From: Nitrospirota bacterium
GTDB taxonomy: Bacteria > Nitrospirota > UBA9217
Direction of reading: 5' to 3'
Length of the DNA stretch: 64,000 nt
Assembly (NCBI GenBank): GCA_963737155.1
Contig: CAVTRN010000001.1
Location: 736,001 to 800,000 of the forward strand
Shown here: piece after piece, positions 1 through 9,723 of the stretch
Layout: every line of letters begins with the position of its first letter
How positions within the stretch are numbered: the first letter of the stretch is position 1
Program-made: the position numbers and the translations under genes
The notes under the pieces: model-generated
What the model was told of the DNA's origin: nothing
Database searches by the model: none
The model's input: the letters and a program-made list of their open reading frames with translations, nothing else

Positions 1-60
1 GACTGATCAAGTCGTCCAAAAATGATGAACAGGTCGTACTATCATGGATAATAAATATTT

Positions 61-1419
61 GGTTCTTTCGTATAAAAGTTGAAAATGCCGTAGTGTTGTA
101 AAAAAGAGACATCGGATTAACCAATTCTGGTAAAGTTAGGTTTCCCGACCAAACTTTTCTCAGAAAGGAAAATCCGATGCAGCTCCATACTATCACAGAA
201 CTGCTTGCAATTCCAAACTATCACGTGAGTCATATGGTCAATCATTCAGACAACCGCCTCGATTTGTTGTTGGAACAGTCCGCATTCACTCCTGCCGTCT
301 GCTCTGGTTGCGGTCACGTCCACAACACACCGGTACACAGCATAGGAGTGATCATCGTCGAGGACCTCCCCATAAGCGGCAAACGAGTGTTCTTGCACAT
401 CCCGAAACGCAAGTCCCTCTGCATCGAAGACGACAGCAGACGGGTCGAGGAACTTGACTGGCTCAGGGGCCGGTTCACCAAGCGATTTGCCGAACAGGTA
501 TACCGTCTTACTTCCATCACCACCAATCAGGAAGCAGGATGGTTTCTCGGCCTCGATGACGAGGTGGTCTACCGGATCGACCGGCAGCGCCTCGAAGAAC
601 TTGCCCGGGAAAAGCTTTCGCCGGTTCCCTCGCCCACATATATGAGCGTTGACGAGGTAGCCTGGCAAAAGTGGCATCACTATGTCACCAACGTGGTGGA
701 CATCGAAAAACGCAAGGTCATCTGGAATCATGATGGCCGAGGCAAATCCGTACTCGATTCCTTCTATGATGCTCTGGGTGAGGAATCCTGCGCCGCCATC
801 GAGGCCGTCGCCAGTGATGGTGCTCGCGGGTTTCTGTCGGCCACCCAGGAACATGCAAAAAACGCGTTGATCGTTCTTGACCACTTCCACGTCAAGAAAT
901 ACTTAAACGATGCTGTAGACACAGTGCGTAAGGAGGAGCTGAACAAAGCCCGGAAGGAGAAGAATACCGATCTCGCCTCGCTCCTCCATTGCAACAAACG
1001 CTTTATCCTGATGCAGAACAAACCATCAAAGAGGAAAGAGAATCTCCTTGATAAGCTTGCTGATCTCAATGACCCCATTTATAAGGCTATGCTGCTCAAA
1101 GACCAGTTCCTGACGATCTACACATCGCCTGACCGCACCACAGCTCAAAAAAATCTCCGCCAGTGGATTGTTTCAGCCATTACCTCGAAGATTCCGCCGT
1201 TCATCGAACTTGGGTTCAAGTTCTTTAGGAAAAGGCATTTTGTACTGAACTACTTTCTCTGCAAAATAACAACAGCGATCTCCGAGGGCATCAACAACAA
1301 AATAAAGCGTTTAAAGCGCATGGCATACGGCTATAAAGATGTAAAGTACTTTTTACTCAAGATCCACCAGCATTGCGGACTGCTTAACCCAAGGCTTTCA
1401 ACTTAAACACGAATGACGG
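61..1419 (+). mobile_element. ISL3-family insertion sequence (copy A), complete
   Basis: Imperfect 24-bp terminal IRs (GGTTCTTTCGTATAAAAGTTGAAA at 61-84; TTTCAACTTAAACACGAATGACGG at 1396-1419). Flanked by the 8-bp direct repeat AAATATTT at 53-60 and 1420-1427. Confidence 0.95.
177..1406 (+). CDS. ISL3-family DDE transposase
   Basis: N-terminal CSGCG zinc finger; SVDE, D..HFHV and TAISEGINNKIKRLKRMAYGY motifs typical of ISL3 transposases. Confidence 0.95.
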   Translation: MQLHTITELLAIPNYHVSHMVNHSDNRLDLLLEQSAFTPAVCSGCGHVHNTPVHSIGVIIVEDLPISGKRVFLHIPKRKSLCIEDDSRRVEELDWLRGRFTKRFAEQVYRLTSITTNQEAGWFLGLDDEVVYRIDRQRLEELAREKLSPVPSPTYMSVDEVAWQKWHHYVTNVVDIEKRKVIWNHDGRGKSVLDSFYDALGEESCAAIEAVASDGARGFLSATQEHAKNALIVLDHFHVKKYLNDAVDTVRKEELNKARKEKNTDLASLLHCNKRFILMQNKPSKRKENLLDKLADLNDPIYKAMLLKDQFLTIYTSPDRTTAQKNLRQWIVSAITSKIPPFIELGFKFFRKRHFVLNYFLCKITTAISEGINNKIKRLKRMAYGYKDVKYFLLKIHQHCGLLNPRLST

Positions 1420-2572
1420 AAATATTTTGAATCTTATCGCCGGGAATTTCCCATTACCGATAAATACATCTTTTTCGATCACGCAGGCGTTGCGCCTGGT
1501 TCGCTCCGCGTTAAGGCCGCCGTCGGGAAGTTTCTTGTGGAATCGACGGAAGGCGGAGCTTTTTTTTATCCGAAGTGGTCGCAGCAGGTTGTTGATATCA
1601 GACGGGCATGCGCTGGAATTGTCAATGCCGACCAAGACGAAATCGCCTTTGTAAAGAGCACGTCTCACGGGCTTTCAATTGTTGCCAGCGGGCTGGACTG
1701 GAAAGAAGGAGACAACGTAATCATTTTCGAGAAGGAGTTTCCTTCGAATCTCTATCCATGGATCAATCTTAAACGAAAAGGTGTCCAGGTAAGAGTTATT
1801 CCGTCCCGCGAGGGCAGAATCCTGTTCGAAGACATTGAATCGTTGATCGATGCAAGGACCCGTTTGTTTGCCGTCAGCTCGGTACAGTTCTCGAACGGCT
1901 TTAAACTAGATTTACAGAGGGCGGGAGAATTATGCGAATCAAGAGGAATTTTATTCTGCGTCGATGCGATCCAGAGCCTCGGCATTATCCCGATGGACGT
2001 AAAAGCATTCAACATCGATTTCCTCTCCGCGGACGCGCATAAATGGCTTTTGGGCCCAGAGGGCATCGGTATTTTTTATTGCAGACGCGGACTTGCCGAA
2101 CGGATTGTACCACCGCTTATCGGCTGGAAATGCGTACAGAACGAGCTTGATTTTGCTCACCCTGACTTCTGCTTCAAGACAAACGCCCTCAAGTTCGAAG
2201 AGGGCTCGATGAATCTAATGGGCATACTCGGCCTCGGCGCGGCGGTAGAACTTCTATTCGAGGTTGGGATCGATCGTATTCAAAACCGCGTGCTGGATCT
2301 CGGCGATGCGATAATTCGGGAAACGGAAAAAAGAGGGCTAAGACTCCTGACGCCCCGAAACCGGCGGGACCGGGGAGGGAACATCACTGTTGCTGGTGAT
2401 TTCGATCCCTCAATCATGCGGGATAGTTTGCGGGAAAAAGGGATCATGGTCAACGCTCGCGGCGGCGGTCTCCGCATATCACCGCATTTTTATAATAACG
2501 AGGAGGAAATCGCGGTTTTCTTTGACAAGGCAACTGGGCGTGCTACCTCATAAATAATTATAAATTGCAACA

Positions 2573-2586
2573 TTGATCGACATCAA
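2573..2586. promoter_or_regulatory. FNR/DNR-type binding site
   Basis: Exact TTGAT-CGAC-ATCAA match to the FNR consensus, in an AT-rich intergenic region upstream of ORF 2815. Confidence 0.5.
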
Positions 2587-2814
2587 TATTCTTTATCAAT
2601 CAGCCTAATCATCAATTTAATTAATGATACGACAGCCGAATCTGTCAGCATCCTAATCGCTTCTGTGCCTAGGTCAATGGTCATTGCTAGTCACTCTCAA
2701 GTATTCGATGCCTTTCGGCATACATCCTTAGTGCTCTAAAAATACCTATGGGCAGGAATGAAATCGGTCAATACCGGATTTTAATATATATTACATCTGC
2801 ATGGAGGAGTTTCT

Positions 2815-3147
2815 ATGGAACTTGATGTGACTGTTGGTGGCAAATCACTTGCATTACCGATCGACAATCCCTTTCATCTGGATATCGAAACTATGGCAGC
2901 TCGTATTGAGTCATTTCTTGCATCACAAGGCGCACAGACGAAGGGTCTGGACATCCGCGGACTTTTACCGAAAATGGTGAAAGGGATTGCCGGTTGTGAA
3001 AGCGGCTGTCCTGCTGATGCCAAGAGTTTCGTTTCGCGCGGATTTACAAACTTCAAGCTCGAATACGTCGAGGGCGGAATTCTTCATGCCCAGGCGACAA
3101 CGGATGGCGGCAAAACAGTCTCCCTGAAGATGTTTCCTGATTTCTGA
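2815..3147 (+). CDS. Hypothetical protein with GCESGCPA (CxxxC) motif
   Basis: 110-aa ORF with GGAGG Shine-Dalgarno and coding-like composition. Confidence 0.8.
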   Translation: MELDVTVGGKSLALPIDNPFHLDIETMAARIESFLASQGAQTKGLDIRGLLPKMVKGIAGCESGCPADAKSFVSRGFTNFKLEYVEGGILHAQATTDGGKTVSLKMFPDF

Positions 3148-3898
3148 ATCGGCCTTTTCCATTTCGCAGGGTAATTGCTGTTTCTTGCCTATCTTCTCCC
3201 AAGGGAGCCGTTTGCTGACTACGCTACCTTTACACTGGTGAATATTTCTTGAGAACTATCGAAGAGCAACATCACTATAATATAGATCACTTATGCCTGC
3301 CTCACAAATTTTTATCCATACAACCGTCCTGGCGAAAGTAGTAGGTGCGTAATGTCGCAGCCGATCAGTTATCGGCATTAATTGTATAATAGGAACTGCC
3401 AGTCGGTTTTCATGCCTCGCTAATCAATATCAATGCTTAGACCGTGCATCAAGTTTGACGATGATCCTCAGTCCTTGTTAATTCATCTCAAAGTGATGCT
3501 CCACCCAGAAAATCACTTATATATTAATACTCTGCAACGACATCGGCAACAAGCCAAATGCAGTTGATCGTGAGGTTATCCCACCAAGCCATTATTATAT
3601 AGATAATATTGCAATCTATATATTTATTACGCTAGTTTATTGAGGCTACTCCCCCACTCTTGTATTCAAAATTCCTTGATAATACGGATCCGGACGGAAT
3701 AGCGTGAGTTCTCGCAATAGGCATATCTCGATGATACTTTCACGATCGTCATATTGAAAAGCAGGGGGACTATCAAGACCAAAAATGGCGTGCCTGAAGT
3801 GGCGGTAGCATATCGCAAAGCAGGTATATCATTTAAAAAGCATTGTTTCTTGCTGGCAGGAGCCGGAAGGATCAAAGCGGAGATCCAGCTTTCGGCCA

Positions 3899-4147
3899 TC
3901 AGTCCTCATTCCCGTACACCGCACGGATCCTGCGGCCAAGCTCTCGGAGCGCATCGGAAAACTTCATACCCTGTTGTTCCATGAGTTCCCTCACGACTTC
4001 AGCCTTGCTTAGGTCAGTAATTACTTCATCAGCTTCTTCAATGACCTCGCAGGCATTTTCCCCTTTTTCCAGTTGCTGCCGGATACAGCCCTCAAGCTGT
4101 GCAGCGGAGTATTTTTCCACGATTTTTTTAAGTTCTACGTTCTTCAT
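3899..4147 (-). CDS. Small hypothetical helical protein
   Basis: 82-aa ATG ORF with protein-like charged, helical composition; divergent from mnmE. Confidence 0.7.
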   Translation of the reverse strand: MKNVELKKIVEKYSAAQLEGCIRQQLEKGENACEVIEEADEVITDLSKAEVVRELMEQQGMKFSDALRELGRRIRAVYGNED

Positions 4148-4341
4148 GGTTGTGAGTAGTATTTGAGCTGGATTCTATCACAAAATCGGTCTCAATAATA
4201 AAATAATCCGCATTACGGCGTCCGATCATACCAAGACGCTGCTCCCTATCATTTGAAAATATTCGTTGACGATATTCACGCTCTGATCTTGCCTGCCAAA
4301 AAGGTCTTTTGACCTTAACGTTGATGTGGTAATATAGCCGC

Positions 4342-5715
4342 ATGAATCAAGAGGACACCATTTGCGCCGTTTCGACGCCGCCTGGTGAGGGTGGGATCGG
4401 CATTATCCGCGTGAGCGGCAATGACGCGCTCGCAATTACCTCCACCCTATTCAGGCCGCGACAGGACAAAAAGCTTCAGGATGCGGCAACCCATACTCTG
4501 CATTACGGACACATTGTCGATCCAGCAACAGGAGAACGTGTAGATGAGGCTCTTGTGAGCGTTATGCGCGCGCCAGCAACATACACGCGCGAAAACATTG
4601 TAGAAATAAACTGCCACGGTGGTATGACGCCACTCTGGCGAACGGTCGCCCTCTTAATCAATAGGGGCGCCAGGCAAGCTGAACCTGGAGAATTCACCAA
4701 GCGTGCGTTTCTGAACGGCCGGATCGATCTTACCCAGGCTGAAGCTGTTATGGAAATCATTAGGGCCAAAACTGAACTCGCTCTCAAAGCAGCGAATGAA
4801 CAGCTCTCAGGCAGCCTCTCGAAAGAAGTCTTGGCCCTTCGCGACCGACTCCTATCACTCATGGCAGCGGTGGAAGCTGGCATCGATTTTCCTGAAGAAG
4901 ACATTGAAACAGAAACAGGCAGGCCGCTTGCGGAGGAGGTTTCACGGATCAGTAGTGATGTTGCTATACTCATAAATGGCTTTCGCCATGGCAGGATTCT
5001 CCGCGACGGTTATGCAACAGCCATTGTAGGCAGGCCAAATGTAGGAAAATCGTCTCTCTTGAACGCTCTACTCAAACAGGATCGTGCAATCGTAACCGAT
5101 ATCCCAGGCACTACGCGCGACGTGCTCGAAGAATACCTGAATATTGACGGCGTGCCACTCAGGATACTCGACACCGCGGGCATCAGGCATTCACTCGACA
5201 TGGTGGAGCAAGAGGGCGTAAGGCGGAGTCTTACCGCCATCGAGTCTGCAGACATTGTGCTTCTGGTACTTGACGGATCGGTGCCTCTAACAGATGAGGA
5301 CCGGAGGGTCCTTGAAGAAATAGCAGGGAAGCCGGCGATTGTTGTCATTAATAAATCTGATCTGCCGAGGACCCTAGAGAAAATCGATCCTACCGGGACC
5401 CAGGTATGTCTTTCCTGTCGAACTGGCGAAGGTCTCGATTGCCTGAGGAGCGCAATTTCGGATAAGGTAAAAAAAGAGGGAATTACTGGTTCGCGCGAAC
5501 ATTCCTGGGCAATAAACCAGCGGCACAGGACAATCCTGGAGCAGACAAAAGAAAGCCTTGAACAATCGGGAGAATCCATCAGATCCGGCCTGTCACCTGA
5601 ATTCGTGGCACTGGATCTCCGCGCTGCGCTGGACAACCTGGGACTGATTGTCGGTGCTACCTATACAGACGACATCCTTGAGAAAATATTCAGTGAATTC
5701 TGCATCGGAAAATAG
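4342..5715 (+). CDS. mnmE: tRNA modification GTPase MnmE
   Basis: EINCHGG, GEFTKRAFLNGRIDL, GRPNVGKSS, DTAG, NKSD and C-terminal FCIGK motifs. Confidence 0.98.
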   Translation: MNQEDTICAVSTPPGEGGIGIIRVSGNDALAITSTLFRPRQDKKLQDAATHTLHYGHIVDPATGERVDEALVSVMRAPATYTRENIVEINCHGGMTPLWRTVALLINRGARQAEPGEFTKRAFLNGRIDLTQAEAVMEIIRAKTELALKAANEQLSGSLSKEVLALRDRLLSLMAAVEAGIDFPEEDIETETGRPLAEEVSRISSDVAILINGFRHGRILRDGYATAIVGRPNVGKSSLLNALLKQDRAIVTDIPGTTRDVLEEYLNIDGVPLRILDTAGIRHSLDMVEQEGVRRSLTAIESADIVLLVLDGSVPLTDEDRRVLEEIAGKPAIVVINKSDLPRTLEKIDPTGTQVCLSCRTGEGLDCLRSAISDKVKKEGITGSREHSWAINQRHRTILEQTKESLEQSGESIRSGLSPEFVALDLRAALDNLGLIVGATYTDDILEKIFSEFCIGK

Positions 5716-5716
5716 A

Positions 5717-5857
5717 TACCCACGGGCTTATGCCCTTGGCATTTTGAAACCACAAAAGCACCGCCTCCTAACACTCCCTCTGAAGGGGCAGTGAAAGAAG
5801 AGGGACGCATTCATCCTCAGGCTAATACCCAGGGTATTCTGCTTCGCTTTTGATGAA
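5717..5857. repeat. Palindrome-bearing relic resembling IS200/IS605 ends (REP/PATE-like)
   Basis: Two imperfect hairpins: CCACGGGC-TTAT-GCCCTTGG and CGCATTCAT-CCTCAGG...CCCAGGG-TATTCTGC. A related motif lies at 25160-25200. Confidence 0.5.
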
Positions 5858-5863
5858 TCTAAT

Positions 5864-7741
5864 ATGACAACTCAAAAAAAATACGACGTTATTGTCATCG
5901 GCGCTGGGCATGCCGGGTGTGAGGCAGCGCTTGCGGCAGCTCGTATGGGATGTTCGACGCTCATGCTCACGATGAACCTCGACAGTATCGCGCTTATGTC
6001 CTGCAACCCTGCTATAGGCGGTCTGGCTAAGGGGCACCTCGTAAAGGAAATCGACGCCCTCGGCGGCGAAATGGCTAAGATCATAGACCGCACAGGCATT
6101 CAATTCCGTATCTTGAATCGGAGCAAAGGCCCTGCAGTGAGAGCTACGCGCGCGCAGGCCGACAAACAGCGCTACCGTCTTGCTATGAAGGAGGTAGTGG
6201 AAAAACAGCACCGGCTGGATGTGAAGCAGGGGCTCGTTGAGAAAATCCTTGTTGAGAGCAATAGGATAATTGGTGTCGAAACCAACATTGGCGTAACATA
6301 CCCTGCATCAACAGTAATCGTGACAACAGGAACATTCCTGCAGGGGCTCATTCATATCGGACTGGTGCATTATCCTTCGGGGAGGGCAGGGGAGTTCTCG
6401 TCAATCGCTCTGTCCGAAAATCTCAGAGAACTAGGGTTCGAACTGGGAAGGCTCAAAACCGGCACCCCGGCTCGTTTGAACGGAAAAACTATTGACTTCA
6501 GCAAGATGAAAATTCAACCGGGTGACGATCCGGCCCCCTTTTTTTCATTTTCTGAATTTATGCATCCGCTCCCACAATTACCTTGTTATCTGACATATAC
6601 CAACACTAATACACATGAATTGATCAAACTAAATATGGATCGCTCCCCACTTTATGCCGGAATTATAAAAGGTGTAGGTCCTCGGTACTGCCCATCTATA
6701 GAGGATAAAGTTACGCGTTTTTCAGACCGAGAGCGGCACCAGGTCTTTCTAGAGCCCGAGGGGCTCGATACTGAAGAATACTACGTAAACGGCATGTCTA
6801 CCAGTCTGCCTTATGATGTGCAGGCTGAGATGTACAGGACAATCCCGGGGCTTGAGGATGTCGAGATCATGCGGCCTGCTTACGCTATTGAATACGATTT
6901 CGCACCGCCCACACAGATTCAGCACACTTTGGAAACAAAAAAAATAGCGGGTCTTTATTTTGCTGGCCAGATAAACGGAACATCAGGGTATGAGGAAGCT
7001 GCGGCCCAGGGCTTAATGGCTGGAATCAATGCTGCCCTGAAGGTACAGAATCGAGATCCACTCGTCCTTTCCCGCGCCGAAGCATATATCGGCGTACTGA
7101 TTGACGACCTTGTAACCCGGGGTACGAGCGAGCCTTACCGAATGTTCACTTCTCGGGCTGAGTACCGGCTAATCCTGCGCGAGGATAATGCAGACATGCG
7201 TCTCTGCGAAAAGGGCAGAAATGCGGGCCTCGTATCCGATGATCTCTACAATAGATATGTTGAGAAAAAAAGCTCCATTGAACGCGAGATCTCACGGCTC
7301 AAACAGTTCCGCGTCAGCCCTTCGCCGGAGATCAATACAATGCTCGCGGACCGCGGCTCGACCACGCTCTTTAGCGAGGCCTCCCTCGAACAACTTCTGA
7401 AGCGACCGGAGCTCGGATACCGCGACATCGAAAGAATCAGATCACCAGAGGCATTGCTGAAAAGCGATGCCGCTGAACAAGTAGAGATTAGCATCAAATA
7501 TGACGGTTATATACAGCGCCAGCTTCACCAGGTAGACCGCCTCTCGTCGCTCGAAAAGAAAAGTATCCCTTCTGATCTAGATTACGATACTATCATTGGT
7601 TTAGGTAGCGAAGTGAGACAAAAACTGAAGCAGGTGCAGCCGTGCTCTCTCGGCCAAGCATCCAGAATATCAGGCATAACACCGGCTGCAATTTCTCTCC
7701 TTGTGGTAGCGTTGGAAAAACGGAAGAGGGGGAAGGTGTAG
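5864..7741 (+). CDS. mnmG: tRNA uridine-5-carboxymethylaminomethyl(34) synthesis enzyme MnmG (GidA)
   Basis: GAGHAGCEAA, MSCNPAIGG, GPRYCPSIEDK and GQINGTSGYEEAAAQG motifs. Confidence 0.99.
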   Translation: MTTQKKYDVIVIGAGHAGCEAALAAARMGCSTLMLTMNLDSIALMSCNPAIGGLAKGHLVKEIDALGGEMAKIIDRTGIQFRILNRSKGPAVRATRAQADKQRYRLAMKEVVEKQHRLDVKQGLVEKILVESNRIIGVETNIGVTYPASTVIVTTGTFLQGLIHIGLVHYPSGRAGEFSSIALSENLRELGFELGRLKTGTPARLNGKTIDFSKMKIQPGDDPAPFFSFSEFMHPLPQLPCYLTYTNTNTHELIKLNMDRSPLYAGIIKGVGPRYCPSIEDKVTRFSDRERHQVFLEPEGLDTEEYYVNGMSTSLPYDVQAEMYRTIPGLEDVEIMRPAYAIEYDFAPPTQIQHTLETKKIAGLYFAGQINGTSGYEEAAAQGLMAGINAALKVQNRDPLVLSRAEAYIGVLIDDLVTRGTSEPYRMFTSRAEYRLILREDNADMRLCEKGRNAGLVSDDLYNRYVEKKSSIEREISRLKQFRVSPSPEINTMLADRGSTTLFSEASLEQLLKRPELGYRDIERIRSPEALLKSDAAEQVEISIKYDGYIQRQLHQVDRLSSLEKKSIPSDLDYDTIIGLGSEVRQKLKQVQPCSLGQASRISGITPAAISLLVVALEKRKRGKV

Positions 7742-7806
7742 TCAGGAGTAAACCTTAATAAGTTATTAATAAAACAGTATAATTTACTGATAACAAGAGA
7801 GGCATA

Positions 7807-8451
7807 GTGACCTCGCGAGAACTCTTAATGGCCGGCGCTTATGAACTCGGCATGGACCTTTCAAACGAACAGGTCAATTCCCTTTTCCTGTTCCTGACAG
7901 AGCTCACCAAGTGGAACCGTAAAATTAATCTTACGGCTATCCGCAATGAGCAAGACATGATAATCAAGCATGTCCTCGATTCTCTTTCCTATATCAAGGG
8001 GTTCAATCCTACTCCTGGATTGGGACTCATAGACTTGGGGTCCGGCGCGGGCTTTCCGGTAATTCCAATGAAAATCGCTTTACCCGAAATAAGCGTTACC
8101 CTCGTAGAATCAGTTAAGAAGAAAGCCTCTTTCTTACGGCATATTGTCAGAACCCTCGCGCTGGCCAGCGTTGAAGTACTGGATAAAAGAACTGAAGAGC
8201 TTTCCTATTCGCATCAAGCTGCTTACGATGTTGTGACTGCGCGGGCCTTCGCGAATATGAACCTGGCTCTGGCAACAGGACGGCCTTTTCTCAAACCAGG
8301 AAAGCATGCAGTTTTAAGCAGGGGACCACAGGAGACAATCAGCGTGCAGGAGTTAGCAGGCATCGGCTTCGTACTGAAAAATCGCGTTGAGCTGACGCTC
8401 CCCCATTCAGATTATAGAAGGGTGATCTGGATTCTGGAACGAACGGCTTGA
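7807..8451 (+). CDS. rsmG: 16S rRNA m7G527 methyltransferase RsmG (GidB)
   Basis: WNRKINLTAI, H..DSL, DLGSGAGFP and VTARAF motifs; follows mnmG. Confidence 0.97.
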   Translation: MTSRELLMAGAYELGMDLSNEQVNSLFLFLTELTKWNRKINLTAIRNEQDMIIKHVLDSLSYIKGFNPTPGLGLIDLGSGAGFPVIPMKIALPEISVTLVESVKKKASFLRHIVRTLALASVEVLDKRTEELSYSHQAAYDVVTARAFANMNLALATGRPFLKPGKHAVLSRGPQETISVQELAGIGFVLKNRVELTLPHSDYRRVIWILERTA

Positions 8452-8619
8452 TTTCTCGGATCGAACATCAGGACAGCATTCAACCTTGGGGACGACGATA
8501 ACGCGGGAAATCTTGATTAAAGCTGCGAATCTTGGTATCCCTTTGAGTAGCGTGTTGATCTCTCCGTTTTCCGACATCCTCGCTTAACGACGGTTATCAG
8601 TTTTCTTGTTGGTACAATT

Positions 8620-9687
8620 ATGTTATCGGAATCATTAACGATACCTGAGGAGTGGCGTTATAGCGCCGAGGAAATTAAAAGCCAAGGAGGACCCGTTCTT
8701 GTCATCGGGGCGCCAGGATCAGGCAAAACCACATTCTGTCTTTTTCTGGCAGCGTTTCATTGCCGTCAGAAAAAAAGAGTGGTATGGATCGACGCCGATC
8801 CGGGACAACCCTTTATCGGCCCGCCGGCGGCAATTTCTCTGACCCCCTATATTGAGACAGCAGACCTGCAGCGACGAAAGAACCCCATGATCATGAGCTT
8901 TATCGGAAACACCTCACCTGTCGGCCGCTTGCTTGAAATGATTTCCGGCCTACAAAAGCTCGTATCATTCGCCCATACACTCAAACCCGATCTCATCCTC
9001 ATTAATACCTGCGGTCTCGTGAGCGGCGGTGCTGCGCGGGAGCTCAAGTTCCATGAGATTGATATGATTTCACCTCGCTACGTTATTGCCCTGCAAAAGG
9101 GCGTCGAGGTCGAACATTTACTGGCCCCTCATTCACATCGAGCCGGGCTATTGATCCATCGTCTTCCCATCTCGCCCGATGCCCGAGTTTCAACCGGTGA
9201 AGCGCGTCGCTCTGTTCGTGAACAGCGGTTCAAGGAATACTTCCGCGGCGCCGATTTTCAAGAAATTTCATTGCATGATGTAGGCATTCACGGACCAGGG
9301 CTCGGCACGGGAGAACGGCTGGGATTCCGCGACATTAATAAACTATCCAATATATTTCAAGCAATTGTGGTGCATGCCGAGCTTTCTTCCGACCGTCTAT
9401 TTCTGATTGTCGAAGGAGAATTTATGGAATCCGAGCTCTTTACAGCAAAGGAAAACTATAATGTCCGGGAAGTCATGGTTATTAAAAGTTCTGAGCTTGA
9501 CCACCTTCTCATCGGCTTGAATGATGATAGAAACCTTACCCTTGCACTCGGGATCCTGCGCACCCTGGACCTGAAAGAGCTTTCCATCCGCGTCATCACC
9601 CCGCTCAGAGACGCCTCTAGTATACACCATATTTCGCTCGGCTCTCTCCGGGTAAGCCCGGCAGGAGGGGAGCTTGGTCAGATTTAA
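8620..9687 (+). CDS. Clp1/Grc3/Nol9-like polynucleotide 5'-hydroxyl kinase
   Basis: P-loop GAPGSGKT, DADPGQ...GPP, INTCG clasp-like motif and R..R...F..YF lid motif characteristic of the Clp1 family. Confidence 0.8.
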   Translation: MLSESLTIPEEWRYSAEEIKSQGGPVLVIGAPGSGKTTFCLFLAAFHCRQKKRVVWIDADPGQPFIGPPAAISLTPYIETADLQRRKNPMIMSFIGNTSPVGRLLEMISGLQKLVSFAHTLKPDLILINTCGLVSGGAARELKFHEIDMISPRYVIALQKGVEVEHLLAPHSHRAGLLIHRLPISPDARVSTGEARRSVREQRFKEYFRGADFQEISLHDVGIHGPGLGTGERLGFRDINKLSNIFQAIVVHAELSSDRLFLIVEGEFMESELFTAKENYNVREVMVIKSSELDHLLIGLNDDRNLTLALGILRTLDLKELSIRVITPLRDASSIHHISLGSLRVSPAGGELGQI

Positions 9688-9723
9688 AAAATAATAACAT
9701 CAGGGAAATCATAGAGTTTTTAA

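Larger units (their letters stand above)
44..2553 (+). pseudogene. Class V PLP-dependent aminotransferase (cysteine desulfurase/selenocysteine lyase-like), interrupted by ISL3 in codon 6
   Basis: Removing the IS and one TSD copy joins ATG44 in frame to 1428 onward: MDNKYFESYRREFPITDKYIFFDHAGVAP...VDAIQSLG...SADAHKWLLGPEG...LRISPHFYN. The remaining ORF 1537-2553 lacks the N-terminus. Confidence 0.88.
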
